Positions 12,303 to 24,877 of a stretch of DNA of 64,000 nt are shown piece by piece. Origin of the DNA: Octopus vulgaris (taxonomy: Eukaryota); assembly GCA_951406725.2 (NCBI GenBank), contig OX597836.1, positions 40,486,001-40,550,000 on the forward strand. Direction: 5' to 3'. The notes below the pieces were generated by a model that saw nothing but the letters and a program-made list of their open reading frames with translations, made no database searches and was not told where the DNA came from. Each line of letters begins with the position of its first letter. Position 1 is the stretch's first letter. The translations under genes were made by a program, and so were the position numbers.

Positions 12303-13129
12303 TATACATATATATATATACACACATGATTTTATATTGCGTCTAACTACCTTTATTATTTTATATCTGTGTGTGTGTGTGTGTGTGTCTTTGATGTATA
12401 AAAAAAAGGTCCTTAGTCAATTCTATATTTGCACATATATAATAAACTCTTCTATGAATTCAATATATTTTATTATGCAAACGTTGAAATGCAGGATGGA
12501 GGCAAAATTACATTTAAATATTTCTACATACCGTATTTGCCGTTGTATAAATCGCTCTTTTTTTTATTCTTAAATGAACCAAAAATTTGTCATCCATCAA
12601 ATGCGACTGAATAACAGATAGGTTACGAAGCGCATGGATGTAAAATTAAATATATTAAACTTGTTTTTTTCCCAACAAAAAGGTAGGGCTTTTGTCTTAT
12701 GCGAGCGTGTGTCTTCTACAGCGTTAAATACGGCACCTCGACAATCACATCCATATATACACATATATACATATCACCTCGTGTTACACAGTAACTATGT
12801 TACATACACACATGTACAATTATAGAACTAAAACAATACATTAAAAAATTATCAAGCTGTGAATAGCTTTAAATTTAGTCACGAATAAAATTTTTTCGAA
12901 TCTCTTAACAAAAATCATCATGGATTTAAATTAAATACAAATTAACAGAAAATAATAGACAAAAATCATCATGGCTAAAAATGTCATCTTCTTTCCAATC
13001 GTGACTATCATCACAGTATAGAATGGATATATATGTGCAATCAAAGCTAAAGCGTTTAAATATTATGTAATGATCGAAAAGGCTCTGGAATATCAAACAC
13101 CCAGAATTAGCATTTGTATGTAGATATCT

Positions 13130-13304
13130 TCTTTTATTTTCCTCTGCCTGGTTCAGTCATTGGACTGCAGCCATGCTGGGGCACTGCCTTAAGGAGTGTT
13201 TGTCGAACAAGTCGATCCCAGTAGTTATTTTTCTTTTCGAGTATGGTACTTGTCCTACCTGTCTATTTTGCCGAAGCGCTAAGTTAGGGAACGTAAACAC
13301 ACCA
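13130..13304 (-). mobile_element. SINE family C 3' part, diverged
   Basis: Tail GGCAGTGCCCCAGCATGGCTGCAGTCCAATGACTGAA on minus strand. Confidence 0.7.
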
Positions 13305-13400
13305 GTTTTCTTTTTGCATGATGGCATGATGTAATACTCACTTTTGATCATCATTAAAGAACGAGTCTGAAACAGCTGTAGAAAACTGCAACCCCTCTGT

Positions 13401-13451
<51 letters not shown>

Positions 13452-13594
13452 CGCGTCTGAAACAGCTGTAGTAAACTGCAACCCCTTATATAATACAGAG
13501 GGGTTTTCTTTGGGTGAGTAAATATTAAAATTAAATACCTGATCCTTTCCGATCCTGAAAATCTTATTACACACGTGGACAGGCACACGCTTAC

Positions 13595-13703
<109 letters not shown>

Positions 13704-14046
13704 CACACATACATACATACAAAAATATCCTGTTGATGATGTTGAAATTCCAATGAAGGACCCTTGGATTTATGTTAGAAACCGGTTCTTTCTCTATTGG
13801 CAAGAAATCTTGAAATAAACTGAATAATGACATACATACATACATACATACATACATACACACATACATACATTCATACGACTGGTCTTAAACCTGTTAC
13901 TGTAAAAGGACATATCTTGATATATATTTAAGGCCACGACTGACCTCTTAGTTGTGCGTTTGGTACGTCATCACAATAATTCTTTCTGAGGGGTAAAATA
14001 ACTAGGTATGAATGTATCTATGCATGTATCTATGTATGTACACATG

Positions 14047-14572
14047 TACGAGGGGGTGCTGGAAAGTTATTGTCATTAAATGTGTCTCGAAAGGCCTGGT
14101 TGGAGGCCCAAACTTCCAAGTTCTTTTACAGGGCTTAGAAAAACTGAAGGACCACTGCAATATGTGTGCGAATCTGAGAGGGGAATATGTTGAATAAAAT
14201 AATTAAGCAATCCTCCTGTATTTTCTTTCACCCAAAGCCAGAAACTTTTCTGTGTATAATATGTAAACAGGAGAGGGTACTAAAAAGTTCCTGATTTTAA
14301 GGGTATCACAAAAGGCCTGGTTGGAAACCCAGCCATCCGAGTTTTTTTTTTTTTTTTTACAGGGCTTAGAAAAAAACTAAAGGACCGCTGCAATATGTGT
14401 GTGAATCTGAGAGGGGAATATCTTCTTATTATTATTATTATTATTATCTAGTTTCAGCTCACGAGCTGTGGCCATGCAGGGGCACAATATGTTGAATAAA
14501 AACTATAATCAACTGATTCTCCAGTATTTTCTTTTTTTCCTCAAGCCAGGAACTTTTCAGCACGCCCTCGTA
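14047..14572 (+). mobile_element. Mariner-derived non-autonomous element, two tandem units
   Basis: TA-CGAGGGGGTGCTGGAAAGTT ... AACTTTTCAGCACGCCCTCG-TA TIRs; internal peptide GLEKLKDHCNMCANLRGEYVE* resembles the mariner transposase C-terminus. Confidence 0.75.
14422..14485 (-). mobile_element. Very short retroposon 3' end with (TAA)n tail inserted in the mariner element
   Basis: Minus strand GTGCCCCTGCATGGCCACAGCTCGTGAGCTGAAACTAGA(TAA)n; flanked by AATAT duplication. Confidence 0.6.
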
Positions 14573-14816
14573 CGTATTTAGATGTGGATGGGTGGATGGA
14601 TGGATGGACGGACATCTTATTAGATGAGATGCATACGACAGAAGATAATATAAAGATACAATCTACAATGTTATTATCAATAATCCTTCATATATGTGGA
14701 ACAGCGTTATCTCTACTAATTATATAGTTATTATCTCTGCTCATTATATACTTATTATCTTTCCTAAATTATAGTTATTACACACTATAGTCCCTCTCTT
14801 TCTCCTCCTCCCACCC

Positions 14817-14870
<54 letters not shown>

Positions 14871-14908
14871 TTTATATATATATATACATATATATATAAA
14901 TATATATA

Positions 14909-14972
<64 letters not shown>

Positions 14973-15122
14973 AAATATATATATATATATACACACTTTT
15001 TGAGAGAGAGATAGCATACGCAATGACATACAAATTTATATATGTATGTTTGCGTGTTTGTGTGTGTGTATGTGTGCGTGTTGCGTGTCCTTCCGTGTAA
15101 CTGCTTATATATATATGTATGT

Positions 15123-15157
<35 letters not shown>

Positions 15158-15180
15158 GTGTGTGTGTGTGTGTGTGTGTA

Positions 15181-15337
15181 TGGAGACGCAATGGCCCAGT
15201 GGTTAGGGCAGCAGACTCTCAGTCGTAGGATTGCCTGCTTCGATTAGCCAGCGGGGTTGTGAGTGTTTATTCAGCGAAAACACCATTGTGAAGCGATGTG
15301 TAGCAACATCTGATAGCCTGGGCGGTCACGATCACGG

Positions 15338-15341
<4 letters not shown>
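15181..15341 (+). mobile_element. SINE family A, internally deleted
   Basis: Head joined directly to tail. Confidence 0.75.
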
Positions 15342-15384
<43 letters not shown>

Positions 15385-15721
15385 CTTAGCTAATATGTAT
15401 TTGTTGCATTCGTTTTGGTAGCTATCTACTACAACGAGTAGCAAACCGGAAGCACTTTCCTAAGGTTCCACAGTATGGGACTGACCCCAAAAGCAAGGAG
15501 GTTGCAAAGCGGGCTTCTTAAATAGAAAACCATGCGCTTTTCGAGGTAGATGGCTTAAAATTTAAAACCCTGCGTTCGTGATTCGGATGGTTCTAAGAGG
15601 TCAACATTTTCCATCTTGGCAATCGTCTAAATACCCACTCAGCAACATTCTTCTCCAGCAGTAACCACCAGCAAGGTTGATCACTCTCTCTCTCTCTCTC
15701 TATTTATCTATCTATTTATCA

Positions 15722-15756
<35 letters not shown>

Positions 15757-15801
15757 GCTTTCTCTTTCTCTCTCGGCACACTTTCGTATTATCTAACGAT
15801 T

Positions 15802-16200
15802 ACTCTTTTACTCTTTTACTTGTTTCAGTCCTTTTGACTGCAGCCATGCTGGAGCACCGCCTTCGACCCCGAGACTTATTCTTTGTAAGCCCAGTACTTA
15901 TTCTATCGGTCTCTTTTGCCGAACCGCTCAGTGACGGGGACGTAAACACACCAGCATCGGTTGTCAAGCAATGCTAGGGGGATAAACACAGACACACAAA
16001 CACACACACATACATATATATATATATACATATATACGACAGGCTTCTGTCAGTTTCTATCTACCAAATGTACTCACAAGGCATTGGTCGGCCCGGGGCT
16101 ATAGCAGAAGACACTTGCCCAAGGTGCCGCACAGTGGGACTGAACCCGGGACCATGTGGTTGGTTAGCAAGCTACTTACCACACAGCCAATCCTGCGCCT
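15802..16200 (-). mobile_element. SINE family C, full-length
   Basis: Head to tail GACTGAAACAA(GTAAAAGA)n. Confidence 0.9.
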
Positions 16201-16520
16201 ATTCATATCTTCTTCCAGCTTTTCTCTAGTTCCTTAAAAAAGCACCAAATTCACTTGCACTTGCGTTTTGAATGCTCTTGTAAGCTCGCTGGAAATTCTC
16301 AGAGACATCTTTTCACACAACGACGAAGAATTTTAAATCGAAAACTACAAAATTTTATTCCGATATTACACAGGAACTAAAAGCAGCAAACTGACAGAAT
16401 CGTTAGCGCGTTGGATTAAGTGCTTAGTAGCATTTCGGGCCTTTAAGTTCTGGGTTCAAATTCAGCCGAAGTCAACTTTGCCTTTCACCCTTTCGGAGTC
16501 AATTAAATAGTACCAGTTAA

Positions 16521-16943
16521 GGGATCTTCTCGGTTTGAACGGCAGTTTTTAACGTAATTTCTAGGTAACTAAAAAATTTTTAACTTCGTATACTGGTAGA
16601 ATGTGTTTATAAAACATCTTTTTCTCTTGGCTTTATTGAAAAAATTCTATAGTTTGTAAGATATTTGTTTATTTTTTTCTTCAATTTCTGCAATTTCAAC
16701 CAATCAATGACGTCCATTGAGGTAAAAAAAAAACATTCTGTGCCGTATGAATATGTCCCTCGTTTAAGAAACAGATTGGGTTTATTTACATTTGTAAAGA
16801 AAAACAGATACCCTTCCCCCCATCCCTAACCCTAACCCTAAAACAGATTGAAATGCAATAGATCGATACTAGGGTCATAATTATGGGTGACAATTTCATA
16901 TGACACCGCTAGAAAAAACTGCCGTTCAAACCGAAAAGATCCC
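16521..16943. mobile_element. MITE with ~29 bp TIRs, 6-bp TSD and internal (CCCTAA)n
   Basis: GGGATCTTCTCGGTTTGAACGGCAGTTTT ... AAAACTGCCGTTCAAACCGAAAAGATCCC; AGTTAA on both sides. Confidence 0.85.
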
Positions 16944-16960
16944 AGTTAAGCACTAAGGTT

Positions 16961-17439
16961 AAGCATCTCGAAAGAGTCCAGAAGCTGGCTACCCGCATGG
17001 TTCTTGGTCTCAAGAATTTGTCTTATGAAGAAAGGCTGAAGACGCTCGACCTTTATTCTCTAGAAAAACGACGACGTCGTGGTGATCTCATTCTTGCTCA
17101 CAACATCATAAGCGGAAAGTGTAACCTCTCGAAAGAGCTGTTCTTCACTCCTGCTCCAGAGCGTCGGCTGCGGGGTCACTACGAAAAGCTCTTTCTGCGA
17201 CGATTTCATCTCAATCGAAGGAGAGGGGCTTTCTCCGTCCGGGTTGCGGATCCGTGGAATAAGCTGCCAGACGAGATGGTGAAGATGCCGACGACCGCTC
17301 GGTTCAAAGTCTCCCTTGACCTCAAGTGGCCTGAACTCTTTACATGAACACCACCCTGCACTTAACTCCATGTCCCCCTACATGGCCTTGCTTTTTTGCT
17401 TTTTGAGCCAAAAAATTAACTAACTAACTAACTAACTAA
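16961..17439 (+). mobile_element. CR1-clade LINE 3' end (ORF2 C-terminus, 3' UTR, (TAAC)n tail)
   Basis: LERVQKLATRMVLGLKNLSYEERLKTLDLYSLEKRRRRGDLI...FSVRVADPWNKLP is a typical CR1 C-terminus. Confidence 0.9.
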
Positions 17440-17685
17440 TGTAATCGACTTACCTTCTCCACTGTTGTTTCAAAATTTGGAACTATCATGCAGGAACTAG
17501 CATCAACTATGCTTCCAAGTATATTTGTAGTAGTGGCGCGCGCACACATTATTAGCCATTTGAAAAGACTATGGAATTTACAATTAACTGCACCAGGGTT
17601 CCTCTTCCACAGGGATCCAGACCTAATGGTATACCTGCGGATGTAGGTCCAGCCCCTGCTTTGCCGGGTCCTGTCTCTGATCACG

Positions 17686-17806
17686 TTCTCCAGGGATACA
17701 GGCATCCAGCAACAGGACCTCCGTAATGCCATGATGGATCGTGATGTCTGGCGTAGCATGGTAAATTCAATTGTCTCGACCATGGTCGAACAATGATGAT
17801 GATGAT
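17686..17806 (+). mobile_element. RTE-clade LINE extreme 3' end with (TGA)n tail
   Basis: SRDTGIQQQDLRNAMMDRDVWRSMVNSIVSTMVEQ* followed by TGATGATGATGA. Confidence 0.65.
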
Positions 17807-18053
17807 TAACCTGACTTCCATAAAATCTCCCGGATTGCTATAGCTGATAGAAATTGTGAACAACGTTATAGGCAATTGTGACGTCGTAATTGCGTTGGAC
17901 GTCATTGCATTGAGCAGTATTGCCTTTTGTTGCAGTCGTAACAGCATCGGTGAAACTCTTTTACAGCTGCATCTTATATTTACGAGATATAGAGGAAAAT
18001 GAAGCGACTTAGAATGAAAATGAAAATGAAGGTAATTGCACTAGTGAATGTAT

Positions 18054-18474
18054 ACTCTTTTACTCTTTTACTTGTTTCAGTCATTTGACTGCGGCCATGC
18101 TGGAGCACCGCCTTTTAATCGAGCAACTCGACCCTGGGACTTATTCTTATGTAACCCCAGTACTTATTCTATCGGTCTCTTTTGCTGAACCGCTAAATAA
18201 CGGGGACGTAAACACACCAGCATCGGTTGTCAAGCAATGCTAGGGGGACAAACACAGACACACAAACATATACATACACATACATATATATATATATATA
18301 TACATATATACGACTGGCTTCTTTCAGTTTCCGTCTACCAAATCCACTCACAATGCATTGGTCGGCCCGGGGCTATAGCAGAAGACACTTGCCCAAGGTG
18401 CCACGCAGTGGGACTGAACCCAGAACCGTGTGGTTGGTAAGCAAGCTACTTACCACACAGCCACTCCTGCGCCT
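18054..18474 (-). mobile_element. SINE family C, full-length
   Basis: Matches the family along its length. Confidence 0.9.
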
Positions 18475-18815
18475 ATACACGTGCATGCGCCGATACACGT
18501 GTATGCAGTTTCTTCACCTTTTCCAACTCGAAATATCAGCATGTCTATAAATATATTCGGTTGTGGCAGGAACAAAGCAGTCGGAAATAAAGCGGTCACT
18601 CGTTTCATTAAACTGATTGCATAGTCTGCACTTAATGTTACTTATTAACACCTTTCATCATCATTCTATTTTTGTAATTATTCGCAGCCTTGCATTGGTT
18701 ATGTGCAGCTAAAACCAGACCGTCAGTTTCCGCTTTCAACCGAAAACTTTTGAGTCATCGTTGGCCTTCATGCTGGCTGACTTCCTCCCAGTCGAATCTC
18801 GTACGGTATTGACCA

Positions 18816-19045
18816 GGCGGCGAGCTGGCAGAAACGTTAGAACGCCGGGCGAAATGCTTAGCGGTATTTCGTCTGCCGTTACGTTCTGAGATCAAATTCC
18901 GCCGAGGTCGACTTTGCCTTTCATCCTTTCGGAGTCGATAAATTAAGTACCAGTTACGCACTGGGGTCGATGTAATCGACTTATTCCGTTTGTCTATCCT
19001 TGTTTGTCCCCTCTATGTTTAGCCCCTTGTGGGTACCAAAGAAAT
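18816..19045 (+). mobile_element. SINE family B, full-length
   Basis: GGCGGCGAGCTGGCAGAAACGTTAG head plus body. Confidence 0.9.
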
Positions 19046-19046
19046 C

Positions 19047-19103
<57 letters not shown>

Positions 19104-19214
19104 AATGGAGGTAGGTGGTTGGTATTCGAAATGAAATGTTTCGGGCTTCATGCTTTTCTGAAATGGACAGTCATAAAGTAGGCGATGTAAAATGAGGTTT
19201 GAGTATTGAACCCA

Positions 19215-19546
19215 TATCGACTTTGCCTTTCATCCTTTTGGGGTCGATAAATTAAGTACAAGTTACGCACTGGGGTCGATGTAATCGACTTAATACCTAT
19301 GTCTGTCCTTGTTTGTCCCCTCTATGTTTAGTCCCTTGTGGGTAATAAAGAAATAGGTATTTCGTCTGCCGCTACGTTCTGAGGTCAAATTCCGCCGAGG
19401 TCGACTTTGCCTTTCATCCTTTTGGGGGTCAATAAATTAAGTACCAGTTACGCACTGGGGTCGATGTAATCGACTTAATACCTATGTCTGTCCTTGTTTG
19501 GTCCCTCTATGTTTAGCCCCTTGTGGGTAATAAAGAAATAGGTATT
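19215..19546 (+). mobile_element. SINE family B, 2 head-less units
   Basis: Junction AAAGAAATAGGTATTTCG near 19350. Confidence 0.85.
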
Positions 19547-19789
19547 GACCATGGAGTGGTTTTTCTCTCTACTTCTCTTCAGTATATTTTGGTATTCTGT
19601 TTCTATTTTCTTTATTTAAAAAACATGGTGGCGGTGGTGATGGCGGGGGTGATAATGGTGATGGTGGCTGTGATGATAGTCGCGGTGATGGCAGTGGTGG
19701 TCGTCGCGATCGTGATCGTCGTCGTCGTCATAGTGGTGGTAGTGGTGGTGCTGGTGGTGCTGGTGGTGGCTGATGCCGGCGATATTGGT

Positions 19790-20020
19790 AGAGCTGGCAG
19801 AATCGTTAGCACGCCGGGCGAAATGCCTAGCCGTATTTCGTCTGCCGTTACGTTCTGAGTTCAAATTCCGCCGAGGTCGACTTTGCCTTTCATCTTTTCG
19901 GGGTCGATTAAATAAGTACCAGTTACGCACTGGGGTCGATATAATCGACTTAATCTGTTTGTCTGTTCTTCTTTGTTCTCTCTGTGTTTAGCCCCTTGTG
20001 GGTAGTAAAGAAATAGATAT
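19790..20020 (+). mobile_element. SINE family B
   Basis: Head plus body. Confidence 0.85.
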
Positions 20021-20383
20021 TGGTAATTGTGATGGTGGTAGTGGCAATGATAGTGGCTATGGTGATGATGGTGGTGGTCGTCGTCATCGTTGTTGTCGTG
20101 GTGGTGGAGGAGGAGGAAGAGGAGGAGATGTTGTTGTTAGTGGTGGTGGTGTTGATGGTGTCTGCGAGATTGTTTGGAAGAGATTGCCAATGCGTTGTGT
20201 GAACCGACTCAACTAAAGGAATTTTGGAAAATAAAATGCTATTAAATATATTCGTTACAAAACACGACCATGTTGGAAAACAAAACTTTATAAATACAAA
20301 ACTTTATATACATAAAAATATACAACACACACACACACACACACACATATAATTTTTTAAAATCTCATATAAATATAGATATG

Positions 20384-20428
<45 letters not shown>

Positions 20429-20569
20429 ATATATATACATGCATATATATATATATACATACATATATAGACACATGCGTATATTTACGCATATATATAT
20501 ATCCATACACACACACACACACACACACACACAATATATATATATATATATATATACATATATATATAC

Positions 20570-20616
<47 letters not shown>

Positions 20617-20629
20617 TATACACACACAC

Positions 20630-20698
<69 letters not shown>

Positions 20699-20779
20699 TG
20701 TGTGTGTGTGTGTGTATACAGGCATGACAATAATTTCACCTCCGTTTTAACTGCCATAAAAGTTTACAGGGAATCGTTT

Positions 20780-20814
<35 letters not shown>

Positions 20815-21409
20815 ATGTCTTTTACGTATTAAAATTTTGTTTTGTTTTGATTTTTGTGTTTTGTATTTTGTTTGTTTTTTGTTTTGTTTTTTCACACGTC
20901 CACACGTTTTTTTTTTTTTAATGTCAACGCGTTAAATTGCTTCAGACAAATTCTATAGACGAATGGCTTAGTACGAAGCTGTTCATATTATAAAAACGAA
21001 ATAAAATTAACCGACATTTTTTTTTTCTTTTTCTCATAACAGAAGACAAAAATAGATTCTGAACGGAGGGAAACAAAATACACAAAAACCAAGAAAATAA
21101 AACTTCAAATCTGTAGTTGCAAATTGATTTCAATATGGCGACGCTTTGGTGGGATTTGTTAAATTTTTATTTCTCCGTTTTGATCGTTTATTTTGCTTTT
21201 CTTTTAAACATATCTGTTTAAATGCGAGCCAACGAAATCGTGTTTACGCGGAAGCTACAAGAGCTAGAAATATCAGCCAAGTCTCACTCACATCCACTGT
21301 AGCGTCTTTAAAGAAAAGACAGGGTAGTTTGCATTAGACGGTCCAGTCTCAGGTATGTCCATAGGTCTGTTGGATCAGGACTAGCCTACAGGTAAATAAA
21401 CCCCTGAAA

Positions 21410-22050
21410 AAGTAAATGTTTCCAGAAGAGCCAAAATAATGTTACAGAGTTTTAAATAGCTGTGGAGATCAATTAGTTATCAACAAAGCCTTAACTGAAG
21501 GCTGCAGGAGAAAAAAACTGGTAGGAACAAGGCATGGATTGACTACTAGGCTTTTGACATTGTTCCTCACGCGTGGATCGTAGAAGCACTAGCCTTGACC
21601 TATAATAAGAATATGTATAAAACATTCCAACGAACGATTTTGCAGTTAGAGAGGGAATTGTAGAAACTAGACCCATTTCTGTTAGATAGCCCTCTCTCTC
21701 TTATCATTCCTTTTCTATGTTGCACTGGTATCTTTAGCTGAAATGTTGGACAGAATTGGAATTGCATACATACGCTTTGCTAAGATAAACAATCAATTTT
21801 TCATATGGATGAATTTAAGTTGTACGTTACAAATTATAAATAATTAGAAACACTGCTGAAGAAAGTACACGGATTTATCAGAGAAACTGATATGAAATTC
21901 AAATTAGTAAAATGCGTCTGGGAAACTTTCAATATGCAAAAATAAATGAAGAACATTAACAAACTGAGATAAGAGAATTAAACCAAACACGGACAGTATA
22001 CATCATGCACAAACCAAATAAAAAGATTAGGAAGGAATATTATAGAGGAT
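21410..22050 (+). pseudogene. Decayed reverse transcriptase of an R4/Dong-like (RLE-type) LINE
   Basis: My translation across stops and frameshifts: FPEEPK..SCGDQLVINKALTEGCRRKK, AWIDY*AFDIVPHAWIVEAL, FYVALVSLAEML, HMDEFKLY, MKFKLVKC, KIRKEYYR. Confidence 0.8.
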
Positions 22051-22229
22051 CTCTTCGGCTTTCGTCTATTCCTATATTTATAAATGGATGCGGTGGAGGT
22101 ATTATTCAAGAGTGTTTGTCAATTGTTTAGTTTCTTGCTGTTGTTATTTACAATTCTGGTATTATTTTGTGCTCTTGCAATGACGAGGGCTTGTAATGTC
22201 CATAGAGATCTCCATTTGATTGCATATTC

Positions 22230-22360
22230 TTTTCTGCTCTAGGAACAAGGCCCAAAATTTTGGGGGAAGGGGTCAGTCGATTAGATCGACTGCAGTACGC
22301 AACTGGTATTTAATTCATCAAAGATGAAAGGCAAGGTCGACCTCGGCGGAATTTGAACAC
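22230..22360 (-). mobile_element. SINE family B variant with an alternative tail
   Basis: Tail CCCCCAAAATTTTGGGCCTTGTTCCTAGAG on minus strand; related to 37628-37745. Confidence 0.65.
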
Positions 22361-22381
22361 TGGGCCATTGCGCTTCCACTG

Positions 22382-22833
22382 ATGTTGTTACTGTTGTTGT
22401 CGTTAATGATGTTGTTGTTGCCATTTTTCTTCTCTTTCTTCTTTTTCTTCTTCTTCTTTTTCTTCTTCACCTTCTTCTTCTTCTTCTCCTTCTTCTTCTT
22501 CTCATTCTTCTTCTTCTTCTTCTCCTTCTCCTTCTTCGTCTTCTTCTTCTTCTCCTCCTTCTTCTTCTTCTTCTTTTTCTCCTCCTTCTTCTCCTCCTCC
22601 TCCTTCTCCTTCTTCTTCTTCTCCTTCTTCTTCTCCTTCTTCTTCTCCTTCTTCTCCTATTCTTCTCCTTCTTCTTCTCCTTCTTCTCCTATTCTTCTCC
22701 TTCTTCTTCTCCTTCTTCTTCTTCTTCTTCTTCTTCTCCTTCTTCTTCTTCTCCTCCTTCTTCTTCTTCTTCTTCTTCTTCTTCTCCTTCTTCTTCTTCT
22801 TCTTCTTCTTCTTCTTCTTCTTCTTCTTCTTCC
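22382..22833. repeat. (CTT)n-type microsatellite
   Basis: Seen directly. Confidence 0.95.
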
Positions 22834-22985
22834 TATCAAACGTGTTATGTTACATTTTGTTAAGACGCCATTGTTTCCTTGATTTTTTAGGTCTTGTCAT
22901 TTTTTCATTCGTTCAGAACCTTGTATATATATATATATATGAAAAAACAAGTCAAAATAGAAAATGCTAAAATAATTTTATAAAG

Positions 22986-23060
<75 letters not shown>

Positions 23061-23061
23061 G

Positions 23062-23100
<39 letters not shown>

Positions 23101-23284
23101 TAATAAATAAAATATATGCATACATACAAACATATATGTACGTACCGACATCAACATGTATATATACATGCATATATAAATATATATACGTACAGGACAC
23201 CACAAGAAGACGTAAAAATCAACAGAAACGAAAACGGAAAAGCCATTTTGTTACAACAGAAGGACAGAGACGTGGAACAAGACG

Positions 23285-23357
<73 letters not shown>

Positions 23358-23644
23358 GTTGTTTTTATGGTTATTTTAGCTTGTTCAATGCAATTTTCCT
23401 TGCGGCAGAGAGACCCGAAGAGCAAGAAACCATTTTCTATTAGTTATATTGTAAAATAAAAATGGAAATATCTTTTAAAAACCGAGCTTGTTGTCCAACC
23501 CCCATACGGAGAAGACATTACAAGATGTTCCATAATAGTCCCTACTTGAAATAATGTTCAGAAGAAGAATAAATTCCTTTCGTTACACTTGAAAACCATT
23601 GTGAATCCTCGGAGCAAAATTTTAGCGCGTCGGAACGATGTCAG

Positions 23645-23748
23645 CAATGATGATGAGGATGATGAGGAGGAGGAGGAGGAGGAGGAGAAGAAGAAGAAGA
23701 AGAAGAAGAAGAAGAAGAAGAAGAAGAAGAAGAAGAAGAAGAAAGAAA

Positions 23749-23786
<38 letters not shown>

Positions 23787-23888
23787 AAAGGAGAAGGAGA
23801 AGAAAAAGAAGAAGAACAAGAAGAGCAAGAACAAGAACAAGAACAAGAACAAAAACAAGAACAAGCAGAAGGGGAATGGGGAGGGGAA

Positions 23889-23919
<31 letters not shown>

Positions 23920-23985
23920 AAGAAGAAAAAGAACAACAACGAAAGAAGAAGAAGAAGAAGAGGAGGAGGAGGAAAGAAAGAATGA

Positions 23986-24033
<48 letters not shown>

Positions 24034-24050
24034 AGGAAAGAAGGAAAGAA
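23645..24050. repeat. (GAA)n/(GAAA)n microsatellite
   Basis: Seen directly. Confidence 0.95.
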
Positions 24051-24519
24051 GGGTGTTAAATTGTTCACTGGATACCTGTCAAAATATATCGATCTGTCGT
24101 CTGTGATTCACTTATACTTTGATTGGTTGTGAATTCTTGCTTAGAAATTAGTGTAGATATGTGCAAAGAGACTCTAATACTTTTGGCACCAGTTCGCAAA
24201 AACTAATTAATCTCAGATTCTTTGTCACATCAAAATAATCTGTTCCCTTTCTGCAATTAATCATAGTTTGTCAAATATCGATCTTTGCGATCATAGATTT
24301 CTTCGTGCGCACAGAGTGCCCCATGCAAATCGCGTGCGTGCGAGCGTGTATGTTCGTGTGTGTTTGTGTGTGTGTGTGCGTGTGCTTGTTGTGCGTGTGT
24401 GTGTATGTGCCTACTCGTGCGTGTTCGGGAGGTATATTTGCATGTGTGTATGTCAGTGTGCGTGTGTACGTGCGTTGACACGTGTGTGTATTTTTGTGGC
24501 ACGTGTGTGTATTTTTGTG

Positions 24520-24551
<32 letters not shown>

Positions 24552-24677
24552 ATCAATTTATTCGGTCAAGTATTAGGGATTGTGTACTTTTAGATATGCA
24601 TTTTACGCGTGCATGTACAGGCATATCAAAGTGCGTGTGTGTGTGTGCGTGCGTGCTTGGACTTTCCTCTGTCTCCT

Positions 24678-24713
24678 ATTTCTGAAGAGGAGCTTTGCTC
24701 GAAACGTAAAACC
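24678..24713 (+). ncRNA. Minimal type I hammerhead-like motif in a short element abutting (TA)n
   Basis: ttt-CTGAAGA-G-GAGC ttt GCTC-GAAA-CG-TA-aaa; core intact, stems I and III very short. Confidence 0.6.
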
Positions 24714-24821
24714 ACATTTCTTTCCTTCCCTGAGTGTCTGTTAATACTCTTAATATGTGCCACGTCCTCGCGTTGTTGATTTTTTTTCTTGTGTCTGCTT
24801 TTCATTTTTGTGGGGATTTAC

Positions 24822-24877
<56 letters not shown>

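Larger units (their letters stand above)
10674..12825. repeat. ~1.07 kb tandem duplication (about 10674-11736 and 11737-12825)
   Basis: Near-identical unique sequence, SINE and microsatellites occur twice. Confidence 0.9.
16385..17455 (+). mobile_element. SINE family B split by a MITE and a CR1 insertion
   Basis: SINE runs to TACCAGTTAA at 16520, resumes at 16944-16960 and again at TGTAATCGACTTA near 17440. Confidence 0.7.

Noticed and set aside
13745-13795. Hammerhead-like CCAATGAA...GAAA-CCGG-TT
   Set aside because: Stems I and II are unconvincing in this copy.
16822-16842. Interstitial telomere (CCCTAA)n
   Set aside because: Only about three units, and internal to a MITE.
17810-17970. 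Possible Cys-rich exon on the minus strand
   Set aside because: Short, with early stops in the Cys-rich frame and no convincing splice sites.
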